From: Eledone cirrhosa
Lineage: Eukaryota
NCBI GenBank assembly: GCA_964016885.1
Contig: OZ024761.1
Span: 19,778,001 to 19,842,000, forward strand
Reading direction: 5' to 3'
Length of the DNA: 64,000 nt
A program made the translations under genes and the position numbers. This document shows positions 11,483-24,848 of the stretch, piece after piece. Each line of letters begins with the position of its first letter. Position 1 is the first letter of the stretch. The notes under the pieces are model-generated. The model had not been told where the DNA came from. It searched no databases and saw only the letters and a list, made by a program, of their open reading frames with translations.

Positions 11483-13160
11483 ACTCAGACGGCCCTTTAT
11501 GGCCTGAGTTCAAATCCCGCCAAGGTTAACTTTACCTTTCATCCTTCGATAAAATAAAGTACCAGTAACACACTGGAAGAGGGCACTTGCCTTAGCGGTC
11601 ATGGTAACCGTGGCATTTTTGTGGGCTTTCTCCATGAGCGACCCTCGGAAGTCTCCCCTCTATTAGGGAATTTTTCATTGTTTCTTTTTTTGTTACATCC
11701 TGTTTTTGTTTTTTTACATGCAGAAATGCCCATTTATGCCGTCCTGTACTGTCCTGTGTTGTTCTTAATGTTATACTTTGTGTCAACCCTTGTGGTGAAT
11801 AAAGAAAGTATTATTATAGAGAAGCAGAGGTGCCCCTCTAAGAACCTGTTTCCGGGTGACCCATTACAGATGACAAATGCCAGTAACAACATGGCAGTGA
11901 CCAATCCTTATTTTTTCCATATTGTGTATACATTACACAGATATATATATATTTCTGTTTATTAATTAGACTATTTTTATCTGTACCATATAATTGGTCA
12001 TTTATCAGGCAGAGCAGGAAGATTTTTAGATCCATATATGGAAGAACACTACACACTACACACTTTAGCCACGAAGGCTACATACACTCACTCTCTGACA
12101 CACATATATTTATTGCATATATTGTATATGTATGTATGTATTTATATGCATATGTATATATGTGTGTGTGTATATATGTATATACAGGGGCCTCGTTTGC
12201 CTTAAAAATGTGAGGGAGACAAATCAACATTTGTTGATTCTTAAAGGAGCATAAATTGCTTATAGTCCCTTTCTGGGACTCTATCACATAAGTAAAATGT
12301 TACTCTAATTAAATTTTATATATTCAAATGAAGTTCATATATAAAAAGATAAGCTTAATAAGAATTTATTATATCAAATAAAGAAAAAAGAAAAATATAG
12401 ACGTTTGAAAAAGTGGGTGGGGGACTTGTCCCCTGGTACCCCCCAGAAACAAGGCTCTTGTGTGTATACAAGTATACATATGTATATGTACAGGGACATA
12501 AAAATAGTTGGGCTGGATACTCGATCACGTGGTTAAGCCACTGGGAGTGAAGGACGCCTCGCCTTTGTCAGGGCATTCTTCTAGGAGAAGACAACTCAGG
12601 AAACTGGGATAACTCTGACATAAAACCTCCGGCTCAGTAGTTACCGATGATGTTGATTTTTTCTTCTTTTTGAGTTATAGCTACTGTCGCTCAGAGAGTG
12701 GGATTGGCTCAGTGCACAGTCTTTCCTCACTTAAAAAAAAATTTCATGCACAGGCATTGCATGATAGAATTAATTAATAATTATTAATAATGTTATATCG
12801 TGCAATGGCCATACTCGATAACGACGTGGCAACCATCATGTATGTATTTATGCATGTATGTACACACACTCATATATGCCATATATATATCATATATGTA
12901 TATATTATTGTATGTATGTATATTATTTATTTTGAGAACAATACCTTAACTTTGATCTGAATGGCTAATTATGGCTGGTTTGAACAGAAAGAGGTGAGAG
13001 AATTCTGGCTGGATATAGCCAGCTTAACCCTTTAATGTTCAAACTGGCTAAAGCCAGCCAGAATTCTCTACCTTTTTCTGTTGAAACTGGCTGTAACTGG
13101 TCACTCAAACTGATGTTAAGGTATTGTTCTCAAAATAAATACTTTCAAAATCTCAGATTT

Positions 13161-13546
13161 TGAAAGTATAAGAATACTGGTGTGTATGAATATAGCAAGA
13201 CACTAGGTTGTGTATACAAAGTTTAATTAACAAGTTGAAGTTATGTAGTATAGAATTGTTGACATGTCAAGAGTAGATGAAATATGAAGTAAAGTTATTT
13301 GTTACCATTTTGAAGTTAGCTCGCAAGAGACCATGATAGGGTTGCCAAAGAGTAGAGACTCGGCGAACGCGCCTGGCGAAAGAGAGAGAGATCGCTCTGA
13401 GTATCCCTTTTATAGGGTCTCAAGACAGAAGTGACAAAAAGGGTTCTGCCACCCCAACGGGAAGTAACTCCAGCTACTTCCTGTCTAGAGAGCGTTAATC
13501 TATTGGTCATGTGATCGTCACAACAAGGGAGGCAACTCTTGCTACA
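13161..13546 (-). mobile_element. Probable solo LTR inserted in a piggyBac-type MITE
   Basis: TG..CA termini; flanks GATTT/GATTC (TSD-like, one mismatch); on the minus strand CCAAT (13502-13506), TATAAAA (13408-13414) and ATTAAA. The MITE sequence resumes on both sides. Confidence 0.65.
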
Positions 13547-13829
13547 GATTCGATATTATGTGAGATAATTATGTGTGGTAAAGCCTTTACCATGAAAATA
13601 TAATAGTATATATAGAGTAATGTGAATGCTAAAAGATTAAGATCTGATGAAGGTGAGGATGTGTGTTGTCTTATGTATCATCTTTCATTGTTGCCGTCAC
13701 CTCTGTGCGCCAATGCGCTTGTCTTTGTACTCCTCCTCTTTCAGTCATTTCTATGTTTCGTCTACCTGTCACCCACCTTGTGTACATGTATGCCATATCA
13801 ACAGCCCCTGCTGACACCCCAAATGTCAC

Positions 13830-13958
13830 ACCAATGTTGCTGTTGAATGTCAGAGGCCTGGTGAAACTCACCAACATGAGTAAAATTTCCTACCTGAAAG
13901 ACCTAGCCACAAGCAATCAAGCAATATGCATGGCACTAACAGAAACACACCTGACACC
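13830..13958 (+). mobile_element. LINE APE-endonuclease N-terminal fragment
   Basis: LLLNVRGL..KISYLKDL..ICMALTETHL (NVRGL and LTET motifs). Confidence 0.7.
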
Positions 13959-14369
13959 TGGCAAAAAAAAGCACCCACCCAGCCCACACTGTAAAGTGGT
14001 CATGTAGGTGCCACAGCAAAAAAAAGCACCCAGCACTCACTGTAAATGAGGTTGGTGTTAGGAAGGGCATCCAACTGTAGAAATCAAGCCAGAATCAGTT
14101 CCCGTCCCACCCTTGCAAGCAGGGAAAAGCAGACGTAAAATGATGATTAATCGACTTCCCCCTGCTTTGTACCTGAATTAGAAACATTATAAAGGGTAAA
14201 GAACTCGTTCGGTCTCAAATGACCTACAAAGTTCCCCCTTCAAGGCACAAGTCTGGGCAAGTTTGTTTGTGGAAGACCAGCTGCCACCAATGTTGTCCAA
14301 AGGAAAGACAATGGCCGGTATAGTTTGGGACCAGTGACGTCACAACTTATTTCTACACTACATAAAAAA

Positions 14370-14680
14370 AAATGGCACTCTGTTGGTTACGACGATGAGT
14401 GTTCCAGTTGATATGATCAACAGAACAGCCTGCTCATGAAATTAATGTGCAAGTGGCTGAGCATTCCACAGACACGTGTAACCTTAATGTAGTTCTCAGG
14501 GAGATTCAGCGTGATACAGTATGTGACAAGGCTAGCCCTCCGAATTGTAGGTACAACTCATTTTTGCCAGCTGATTGAACTGGAGCAACGTGAAATAAAC
14601 AGACAGCCCAGTCCAGGAATCAAACTCACAACCTCACAATTGCAAGCCCAATGCTTTAACCACTGAGCCTGATGCCTTCA
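14370..14680 (-). mobile_element. tRNA-headed SINE (family C); body also at 9875-10262 (+)
   Basis: Minus-strand head GGCTCAGTGGTTAAAGC..GAGTTTGATTCC; body TCACGCTGAATCTCCCTGAGA shared with the 9.9 kb copy. Confidence 0.75.
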
Positions 14681-16084
14681 TGGAATATAATTTAACAAGA
14701 TAGACTCTTGTCTTAAAATTAAGACAGTGTTTTAATTCAATTATAATTCCCGTATATGCAAGTCAATCTAGTGCACAGGTGGTCCCCTAAAATTCTGAGG
14801 TGTACTTCAGATTTAGGCCTATGTTCGACCCCCCCAAAATAAGGCAGTACCATCTCCACAGCCCTAGATGTGTTTGCCATTCTTTATTTGCACAAAATAT
14901 AAAACATGGAAATAAACACTGTCATTGTCATGCCTACAGCATAGAGTTGCGTCCCTTTATGGACTGAGTTCAAATACCGCCGAGGTTAAATTTGCCTTTC
15001 ATCCTTATAGAGTCAATAAAATAAAGTACCAGTAATGGACTGAGGTAATTGCTGGCCTTGTACCAAAAGTAGAAACAATTATTATAATCTAGGGTGGTAG
15101 ATTGGCAGTATCAGTAGAGGGTCGGACACCATGCTTTGCAGCAAAGAGTTACGGCCCTTTACGGTCTGAGTTCAAATCCTGCTGAAGTTAACTTTGCCTT
15201 TCATCCTTACAGGGTCGATAAAATAAAGTACCAGTAATGCACTGGGGTAATTGCTGGCCTTGTGCCAAAAATAGAAACAATTATTATAATCTCTATATGA
15301 GATCCAGCAGGAAATAATTGTGGTGGGGTGCTAGAGTTATGATAAGTGGTGTACAACGAGTGTTAGGCAAGCAGTTTCACTGTTTACCCATCAGTGGTAA
15401 AAATTCACATGTTATACTCAGCGGACGAGTCGACCCCTGGTTTTGGAGAGATATTTTTAGGCTCCAAATGTCAACTTGTACGCTGACATAGACGGTAATT
15501 GTAAAAATTTCCAATTTGGAGCAGGATTACTCACTCTGTCATTTTAGGGCAAATTTTATGATATAATTTACCAAGAAAAAGAAAATGAAAATATTTCTCT
15601 GACACACCTGTTGTTAATTTACCTTGAAATATTACTACAGGTATTTCCAGTGTTCTGTGAGTGATACTAGCTCTATATAGACAGGTAAAGTATTGATTAC
15701 ATAGTACTTGTTATCACATGTTTTCGTTTACTTCCCAGTGTTATTGTCAATATCTTATCACTGTGAAGTGGTTAGCTGCTGTTGTTATTCATCATCATCA
15801 TCGTCATTTAACGTCTATTTTCCATGCTAAAATGGGTTAGATGGGCTGTCTCATTTGAAGCAGGTGACCATGTCTTGCTCATACAGAATTGCTTTTGTCT
15901 TGGTTTCTATGGCCACATGCTCTGCCTAACGCCAACCACATTTACAGTGAGTACTGGGTGCTTTTTGCCATGACACCTACTCAATCATTTTACAGTGTGG
16001 CTTGGGCACTTTTTATCATGACACCAACACAACCTCTTTACATATTATTATTATCAATAGTATGGACATACTCTTCTTGAATCC

Positions 16085-16565
16085 TCCCTATATTATTTTG
16101 GGTCCTTGCGATGAAGACCACAAACAAAGTCCAACACAACTGCCCTGATATTGTTGTAAAAATACCCACCAACACCATAAAAAAAAAAAAAAAATAGACT
16201 CTAATTGATATTGCAATCCCTCAAGGCCACAATGTGGCTGAAAAGGAAATGGAAAAGATCAATAAGTATGTAGACCTTGCAGGCACTATTAGAACAGATG
16301 ACAATATAGAGACAGAAGTGATGCTAATCAACATTGGGGATGCTAGGCACAGTCCCTAAATGTCTTACATTTTTCATCAAAAGCCTTGCAATCCCCAACT
16401 TCAAAGGCAGTGCCCAAGTTTCTACCATTCTGGCACTGCCAAAGTCCCACGTGATATATTGAGACTCTGAGAGCCGGGACTAATCTGGGGCCAATTAACA
16501 TGCTTCACCTAGCAACCAATTGCTAGAGAAACCTTACAAAAATGGAGAGGGGGGATTATTATTAT
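16085..16565 (+). mobile_element. Dong/R4-like RLE-domain fragment (second family)
   Basis: HNCPDIVVK..LIDIAIP..NVAEKEMEKINKYVDLA..LGTVPK: the PD..D..K restriction-like endonuclease motif; (ATT)n end. Confidence 0.75.
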
Positions 16566-16994
16566 GTATTATGGCTGGTGGAATGGCAGAATCGGTAGAG
16601 CGTTAAATAAAATGCTTTGTGGTATTTAGTTACGACTTTCTACATTCTGAATTCAAATCTCACTGAGGTTAACTTTGCCTTTCATCCTTACAAGGTCGAT
16701 AAAATTAAGTACCAGTAATACACTGGAGTTGATTTAACCCATTAGCATTTACTTTATTCAATATATACTATTGTATTTTCATAGTAAAATCTTTATCTCA
16801 AATAATATTGAGTCTATGAGATTTTGATATTATTTATTTATTTTGAGAACAATACCTTAACATTAGTATGAATTGCCAGTTACGGCTGGTTTGAATAGAA
16901 AGAGGTGAGAGAATTCTGGCCAGATATGGCCAGTTTAAAAACTAAAGGGTTAATCAACTGTCACCTCTCCCCGAATTGTTGGCCTTCTGCCTTG

Positions 16995-17660
16995 TCTTCT
17001 TCTTCTTCACCCACTTATTCCTGAGAGGGTCATGGGGGCAGAGTCCCCAAACACTCCTTCCAACAGGTCCTGTCAGAAGCAACCGTCTCCAACAGATCCA
17101 CTTAGATACCCAAGCGTGACCAGCCAAGCTCATGGTCTACCCCTGGGCCTCTGCTGGTTGGTTTTGTCCAGCGAATCTTTCCTGAGACATTCTAACCACA
17201 TGCCTGTAGTATCGGAGCTGTTATCTCTCAATTCGGAGAAGTAGCAGCTCTACCTGGAGTGACTCTCTGATCTCTGAGCTACAAATCTGTCCAGCGAATC
17301 TTTCCTGAGACATTCTAACCACATGCCCATAGTATCGGAGCTGTGATCTCTCAATTCGGAGAAGTAGCAGCTCTAACAGGAGTGACTCTCTGATCTCCGA
17401 GTTACACACTTTATCGAGTAACGTTACTCCGACGACCCTTCGGAGGAACCCCATTTCAGCTGCTTGTATTCACAATCGTATTCTTTTAGTCATTACCCAA
17501 GATTCATGACCATAGATATGGGTTGGCACAAATACCGAATCGAATTGAAGATAGCGAGTTTGGCTTTTACACCTACCTCCCTTCTTCTGATGACTGAATG
17601 CTGAAGCTGGTGCATTACTGCACCAGATTTTGCAATTCTTGCACTTAATTGAGCCTCCTG
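16995..17660 (-). mobile_element. RTE family 3 (Rex3/Expander-like) 3' fragment with an internal ~120-bp tandem duplication and (GAA)n tail
   Basis: MGFLRRVVGVTLLDKVCNSEIRESLLLELLLLRIERSQLRYYGHVVRM; about 17166-17283 duplicates about 17288-17405. Confidence 0.82.
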
Positions 17661-18274
17661 CCTAAATCAGAAATCATTATTGGCAGTATCAGTAGAGGGT
17701 TAGATGCCATACTTTGTAGCATAGAGTTACACCCTTTTACGGTCTGAGTTCAAATCCCGCCGAGGTTAACTTTGCCTTTCATCCTTATAGGGTTGATAAA
17801 ATAAAGTACCAGTCACACACTGGGGTCGACTTAATCGACTTTCCCCTTCCCCCAAAATTGCTGGCCTTGTGCCTATATAAGAAACCATTGTTATATCTGA
17901 GCTTGTGCCAAAAAGTAGAAACTGATGTTGATATAGCAGATAAAGGCGGTGGATTGGCAATAGTTGGTAGAGCTTCGGACATACTTTGTGGTGTAGAGTT
18001 ACAGCCCTTTTATGTTCTGAGTTCAAATACCGCTGAGTTTAACTTTGCTTTTCGTCCTTACGGGGATGGGAGGGGAAGGGGCGGTCAATAAAAATAAAGT
18101 ACCAGTAACACACTGGGGTAGATTTAGTTGACTTTCCCCTTCAAATTACTGGCCTTGTGCCAAAACTAGAAACAATTACCCGTTAAGAGTGAAAGCAGCG
18201 ATTCTTTGCTTAAACTTTAATCTGTTATTTTAATAAATATATATATATATTGGCCCCAGCCGGATGGCTGGAAC

Positions 18275-19132
18275 ATCATCATCATCGTCATCGTTTAACG
18301 TCCATGTTCCACGCTTGCATGGGTTTGGACGGGAGTTTTCCCACTTGAGGCAAGAGTGGTTGTCTTGCTCGCATAGGACTGTCTGGCAGGTTTTCTACAG
18401 TTGGATGCCCTTCCTAACACCAACCACATTTACAGTGTGGGTCTGGGAGGTTTTTACCGTGTTGCCTACACGGCCACATTACAGCGTGGACTGTGTGTTT
18501 TTTTGTCGTGACACCTACACGATCTCATTTGTTTCGGCCTGGATGTTGTGGCACCAACATAACTTTACATTGAAAGGGGCGGTGTGGATGGGGTGGGGGA
18601 GGTGGGACGGGGGTGTATTTTGTTAGAGATGCCTACTGACTGAAGTAGGTTTTACTTTGTATTTAGGTAAGGCGGGTCTTCTCTATTACTGAGTACCGCC
18701 AAAGATCTCGGTCCAGTGACATTGTCTTGGAGAGGTGTAAGTGTGTGAGGTCGGAATTTATCATGTCGTCCCAGGTTTTTCTGGGTCTGCCTACTCCGTG
18801 GCTACCATCTATCTTTATTGCCCTGCACTTTTTTATACAGCTGTCGTCTTTCATGCGCATCACGTGACCATACCAACGTAGCCTTCTCTCGAGTAAACAA
18901 CATCTGATCCCTCTTATTTCTAATTTTTCCCTTAGTTCGTTTATGCTTTGCCGTTCATGTATATTACTATTACACATCCAGCGGAGCATGCAAGCTTCGT
19001 TTCTCTCCAGTCTGCGTCTATCTTCTGCACACAATGCCCAGGTCTCACTGCCATGCAACATTGCTGTTTGTATGCAGGCATCATACAACCTGCCTTTCAT
19101 TTTTAGGGAGAACCCTTTAGCGGCTAATAGTA
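18275..19132 (-). mobile_element. RTE LINE (family 2), 3' part: ORF C-terminus, ~370-nt 3'UTR and (GAT)n tail
   Basis: KGRLYDACIQTAMLHGSETW..RRLRWYGHVMRM..GRPRKTWDD..EKTRLT*. The 3'UTR carries ~47-bp internal repeats and the GGAAGGGCATCC block. Confidence 0.9.
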
Positions 19133-19847
19133 CAGGTATATATAAAGAGAGAGAGTGAGAGAGACAGTGGATTAGTGAAAGAGAGATAGAGGGTGCGAGT
19201 CAGAGAGAGATGGACAGATAGATAAAGAGAGAGTGAGAGAGAGAGAAATAGAGTGACAGAGTGAAAGAGACACTGTGTGTGTGTGTGTATGAAATAGAGA
19301 GAGAGAGAGAGATAGAGAGAGAGAGAGATGGACAGACAGATAACTAGATAGAGAGAGAAAAAGTGAAAGAGACACTGTGAGAGAAAGATAGATATATGTC
19401 TTTATTAGCCACAAGGACGCACAAGAACAGGGGACAATACAGATAGAAAGATAGATAGACAGATAGTTAGCTAGACAGAGAGAGAAAGGGAGTGAGAAAT
19501 AGAGGAGAGAGAGGGACAGGCAGATAAATAACTAGAGAGAGATAGAGCGAGAAATTTGTACTCACTTAAAGACAGTGTTAATATTAATGTCACTGTACCC
19601 CTAAACAAATTATCTAGAACAGACATGTCAAACATGCAGTCCGCATAAACGTTTTTATAGCGCGAGCATGATTTATGTTCGTAATATGAAATCAAAAAAA
19701 TTAGTTGTAATGTGTGCAATTAGTTGTGTGTGGCCCTCAGAACATATATGTGATCCATGTGGTCCTCGGGGGACCTTCAGTTTGACATGTCTGATCTACA
19801 GCTGTCTCAAACATCTCACACACACACACTCCTCATGTGTGTGTAAG

Positions 19848-19924
<77 letters not shown>

Positions 19925-20081
19925 TAAAATAACAGATTAAAGTTTAAGCAAAGAATCGCTGCTTTCACCCTTAACGGGATCTTCTGAAACTAACAAAGTC
20001 AATCTACGGTTCTTATATATTTGATATATATTTATCCTTATCGAGCCCTCTTTGGATTTTAGTCTTCAAATTTATTATTAT

Positions 20082-20141
<60 letters not shown>

Positions 20142-21232
20142 ATAAAGTCATACACACAGATGTAACATAATTGTTTCTACGTTAGGCACAAGGCCAGCAA
20201 TTACCCATTGCATTACTGGTACTTTATTTTATCGACCCCGTAAGGATGAAAGGCAAAGTTAACCTCGGCGGGATTTGAACTCTATGCGTCAAAGCATGGT
20301 GTCCGACCCTCTACCAATACTGCCAATCCAAATGATTTTTAATTTGTTTTCTAATTATAGATAATGTATAATATATATATATATATATATCCAGGTAACT
20401 TCCATTACCATTACAAGGGGTATGACGAGCCGTGGATTACAGAGTCGGGTCAGGTCGATACAGATCGAATCTTGAGCGAAACGCGCCCCACCAACCAATA
20501 AACATAATGAAGGAGTAACCAATCGTCCTTGTTATTTTATTTCACTATAAATATATATATATATAAGGGATAACAAAATATCGTTATAGGTAATCAAGTT
20601 AGAGGTTGTGAATAGTTCTTATTATGGATAGTTTTAGCGTATGGCATTGTTTGACTCGACAAGAGGTTTACGTAGGTGGCGAGTTTATGGTTTCACTTGT
20701 ATTCCTATGTAAGTTTATCTTGAAGTAATAAAATTGAAAAGGTGAAGAATAACATGGTCAACAGTACAATAAAGGGGAATTTATTTACAGTCTGACAATT
20801 GTTTCACTGGCGTCACGCAGTAATACAGAGTACCCGACCTCCCATGGGTACATGCTGAAGCATATAAACAATATGACCCCACACACCCCACCGCAAGGTG
20901 GTCGTGGAGGTGCCACGGCAAAAAAAGCACCCAGCCCACACTGTAAAGTGGACGTGTAGGCGCCACGAAAAAGCACCCAGCACTCACTGTAAATGAGGTT
21001 GGTGTTAGGAAGGGCATCCAGCTGTAGAAATCAAGCCAGATCAGTTCCTGTATGAGCAAGGCATGGTCAGCCGACCAGACACTGCACACAACAGGACAAC
21101 CCGTCTAACCCATGCTAGCATGGAAGAACGGACGTAAAACGGTGATGATGATGATGATGATGATTGTGAAACAATTGTCAGACTATAAATAAATCCCTTT
21201 TGTTGTACTGTTGACCATGTTATTCTTCACTT

Positions 21233-21277
<45 letters not shown>

Positions 21278-21664
21278 CAAATATAAATTATCGAGAATTG
21301 CATTTCGGCCCACGAAATAACGAAAAACAACCTCCGAGATGTGTGGCAAGTGCTCAATGATTCAGATGAACCAGAGCTAAAGCCAAACACACTGAGACGA
21401 TGGTAAAACAATCATTCGCATAGCCAAAAAAACGATCAAGTAATTCGGGTCAAACAAATAAAAAATATCTGTGATTGAAAATTTACCCGGACTCCTGGAA
21501 GGTTGGTAAAATCCAGCATTTGGGTTTAAATCAATTACTGTCCGCTTACATAAATAATGTTAGGCTTCTGGTAAGATGATTGAACAAGGAAGCCACTTTC
21601 TCAACAGGTTTTAGTTCAAGTTAATACAAGGACTGACTATTGCTGACCCCACGTGGGGATCAGC

Positions 21665-21825
<161 letters not shown>

Positions 21826-21907
21826 GTTATTCCGGGTTGAATCGGAGGTAACCACAGTAAGTAAGGTACTCAATACATTGCAGAGTATAAAAGTTTTAAT
21901 ATAGATG

Positions 21908-21958
21908 AGATTCTACAGGACTAGAACTGTTTCATTCTTTAGAAATCATCAGGAATCT
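21908..21958 (-). ncRNA. Type I hammerhead ribozyme motif; also 24768-24816(+) and a degenerate relative at 2248-2294(+)
   Basis: AGATTC-CTGATGA-T TTC TAAA GAA T-GAAA-CAG[TTCTAGTC]CTG-TA-GAATCT. Confidence 0.72.
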
Positions 21959-21974
21959 GGGTATCAAAAAATAA

Positions 21975-22092
<118 letters not shown>

Positions 22093-22189
22093 GTGTATGT
22101 GTATGTGTATGTGTGTGTGTGAGTGTGTGTATGTGTGTATATATATATATATATATATGTATATATGTGTGTGTATGTATATGTATGTG

Positions 22190-22228
<39 letters not shown>

Positions 22229-22469
22229 GTGTGTATATGTATATATATATATATATATATGTATATGTATATGTGTGTATGTGTATATATATGAATATAT
22301 GTATGTATGGTGTATGTGTGTGTGTATATATATATATATGTGTGTGTATGTGTGACCCCACTCTCAAGAGCGTGAAATTAATAAACATTTGTTTGTTCTG
22401 CCCCTCTGTTTTGTTCCCGTTCAATTTTTCCTTATATATGTGTATATGTGTGTGTGTGTGTATATATAT

Positions 22470-24125
22470 AAAAATGGTAAGGCGGCCGGACCATCGGGAA
22501 TAGTTGCTGAGATGCTGAAGGCATCAGGGGACGTAGGCACTAAACTGGTTGCACGCATAATCAATCAGGCTATATATGGTGGTGTCATACCCAAAGACTG
22601 GTGCAGCAGTATTCTCATAAATTGCTACAAAGGTAAAGGGGATGCTTTGGAGAGGAGCAATTATAGGGGTATAAAACTGATAGATCAGGTTATGAAAGTG
22701 GCAGAAAGGATTCTAGCACAACTAATTAGAGAAAGGGTCAAACTAGATGAGATGCAGTTTGGTTTTGTGCCTGGGAAGAGTACAACAGATGCCCTCTTCT
22801 TGGTGAGACAAATGCAAGAGAGGTTCTTAGAGAAGAATAAGCCACTATACTTAGCCTTTGTTGACCTAGAGAAGGCCTTTGATAGGGTACCCCGATCTGT
22901 CATCTGGTGGTCCCTAAGGAAGCTGGGTGTTGAGGAATGGCTTGTAAGGACAGTGCAAACTTTGTATAGAGGTACTCTCAGTAAAGTCAAGGTAGGAATG
23001 GAGTTTAGTGAGGAATTCCAGATACAAGTAGGAGTACATCAGGGTTCGGTCCTCAGCCCGCTCTTGTTCATTATAGTCCTCCAAGCCATAACAGAGGAGT
23101 TTAAGACTGGCTGTCCATGGGAACTTCTCTATGCTGACGATCTGGCTCTTATGGCAGAATCAGTAGAGGAGCTAGAGAATAAATTCCGGCTATGGAAACA
23201 GCAGTTGGAAGCAAGAGGACTGAGAGTAAATCTAGCTAAGACAAAAGTGTTGATGAGTAGAAAAGAGGACAAAACCCTGATTCCGTCAGGGAAATGGCCA
23301 TGTTCGATATGCAGAAAAGGAACTGGCATAAATTCTATAAAATGCACACAATGTAGGTCCTGGGTACACAAGAGATGTAGCGGAATAGCAGGCAAACTAA
23401 CAGGTAGGGAGAAATATGTATGCAGTAGATGTGCAGGGAAATTAGACAGTAGAAGTCGCACTGATAGACACATTTTTCAAATGCGAGAGGGCGCTATAGA
23501 AGTGGTGGATAGCTTCCGGTACCTAGGAGATCAGATTAGCATGGGAGGAGGGTGTTCCGAGGCCATAGTATCTAGAATAAGGACGGGTTGGAAGAAGTTT
23601 AGGGAGCTGCTTCCTCTGTTGACGAAGAAGGGTTTCTCCCTGCGTACGAAAGGCCGGTTGTATGATGCCTGTGTGAGGAGCGCGATGCTGCATGGTAGTG
23701 AGACATGGGCAGCTACCGCAGAAGATATGCGTCGGCTGGAGAGAAATGAGGCAAGCATGCTCCGTTGGATGTGCAGTGTAAATGTGCGTGAACGACCCAG
23801 CATAAATGTGTTGAGAGAGAAACTGTGTCTGAGAGGGATAGAATGTAGTGTACGGGAGAGGAGACTGAGGTGGTATGGACATGTGATGCGCATGGAGGAT
23901 GACCGATGGGTGAAGAAGTGCCAGGAAATGCAAGTTGAAGGAAGACGTGGTAGAGGTAGACCACGAAAAACATGGGCGGAGGTGGTGAGAACAGACCTCA
24001 GATCATTGAAGCTCACGGTGGAGATGACGAGGGACCGTGACGAGTGGAGAGATGCTGTGCTGAATAAGACCCGTCCCACCCTTGCAAGCAGGGAAAAGCG
24101 GACGTAAAATGATGATGATGATAAA
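22470..24125 (+). mobile_element. 5'-truncated RTE-clade LINE (family 1): uninterrupted RT ORF with inserted PHD finger, (GAT)n tail
   Basis: ORF 22389-24107 (the first ~27 codons are non-LINE flank/microsatellite). RT motifs KGKGD..NYRGIKL, QFGF, FVDLEKAFD, GVHQGSVLSP, YADD (23130-23141), FRYLG; RTE C-terminus RRLRWYGHVMRM..GRPRKTW. The stop codon abuts the (GAT)n tail. Confidence 0.95.
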
Positions 24126-24812
24126 ATGATGATGATGTGTGTATGTATATGTATGTGTATATGTATATACTTTTATATATATATATATACATATATATGT
24201 GTGTATGTATGTGTGTGTATGTATATGTATATATGTATATATATATATATAAATATATTTATATGTGTGTGTATATGTGTATGTGTGTTTATGGGTGCGC
24301 GCGAGTGTGTGAGTGAGTGTGTTTTGTGAATGTGTCTGTTGATTTTTGGCATATAGTTGAATAGTTTAAGAGAAATTTGAAGATAATTGTAAGATATGCA
24401 CTTAATATTCTGAATTTGTCTACAGAATTCTCTAAACCTTTGTCACTTAGTAGAACCTTAATGAATTTAGCTTTTAAAGAATCTCCCTTTCCTTTAAATC
24501 TATCTACCATGACTGACCCCCCACTGATCTTATAGACACCTGTTAGCTTAAGAGAAACTTAATAATAAGGAGTGGCATGCCATCCTGAACCTGTTTATAG
24601 AATTCTGTCTGCCTTTGTTACTAAAAACAAAAATAAATAAAAATAAACTATAGCTTTGTAGAATTAGCTTTTAATGAATTCCCTTTTCTATCAACCAATG
24701 ACCTACACCCATCCCACTCCCCACCCTCTCCTACCACTATAAATACCATACTTATTTTTTGATACCCAGATTCCTGATGATTTCTAAAGAATGAAACAGT
24801 TCTAGTCCTGTA

Positions 24813-24848
<36 letters not shown>

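Noticed and set aside
22389-22469. N-terminus of the 572-aa ORF as a real start
   Set aside because: It is non-LINE flank and microsatellite with a TTG start; the LINE is 5'-truncated and lacks the endonuclease, so it is not autonomous.
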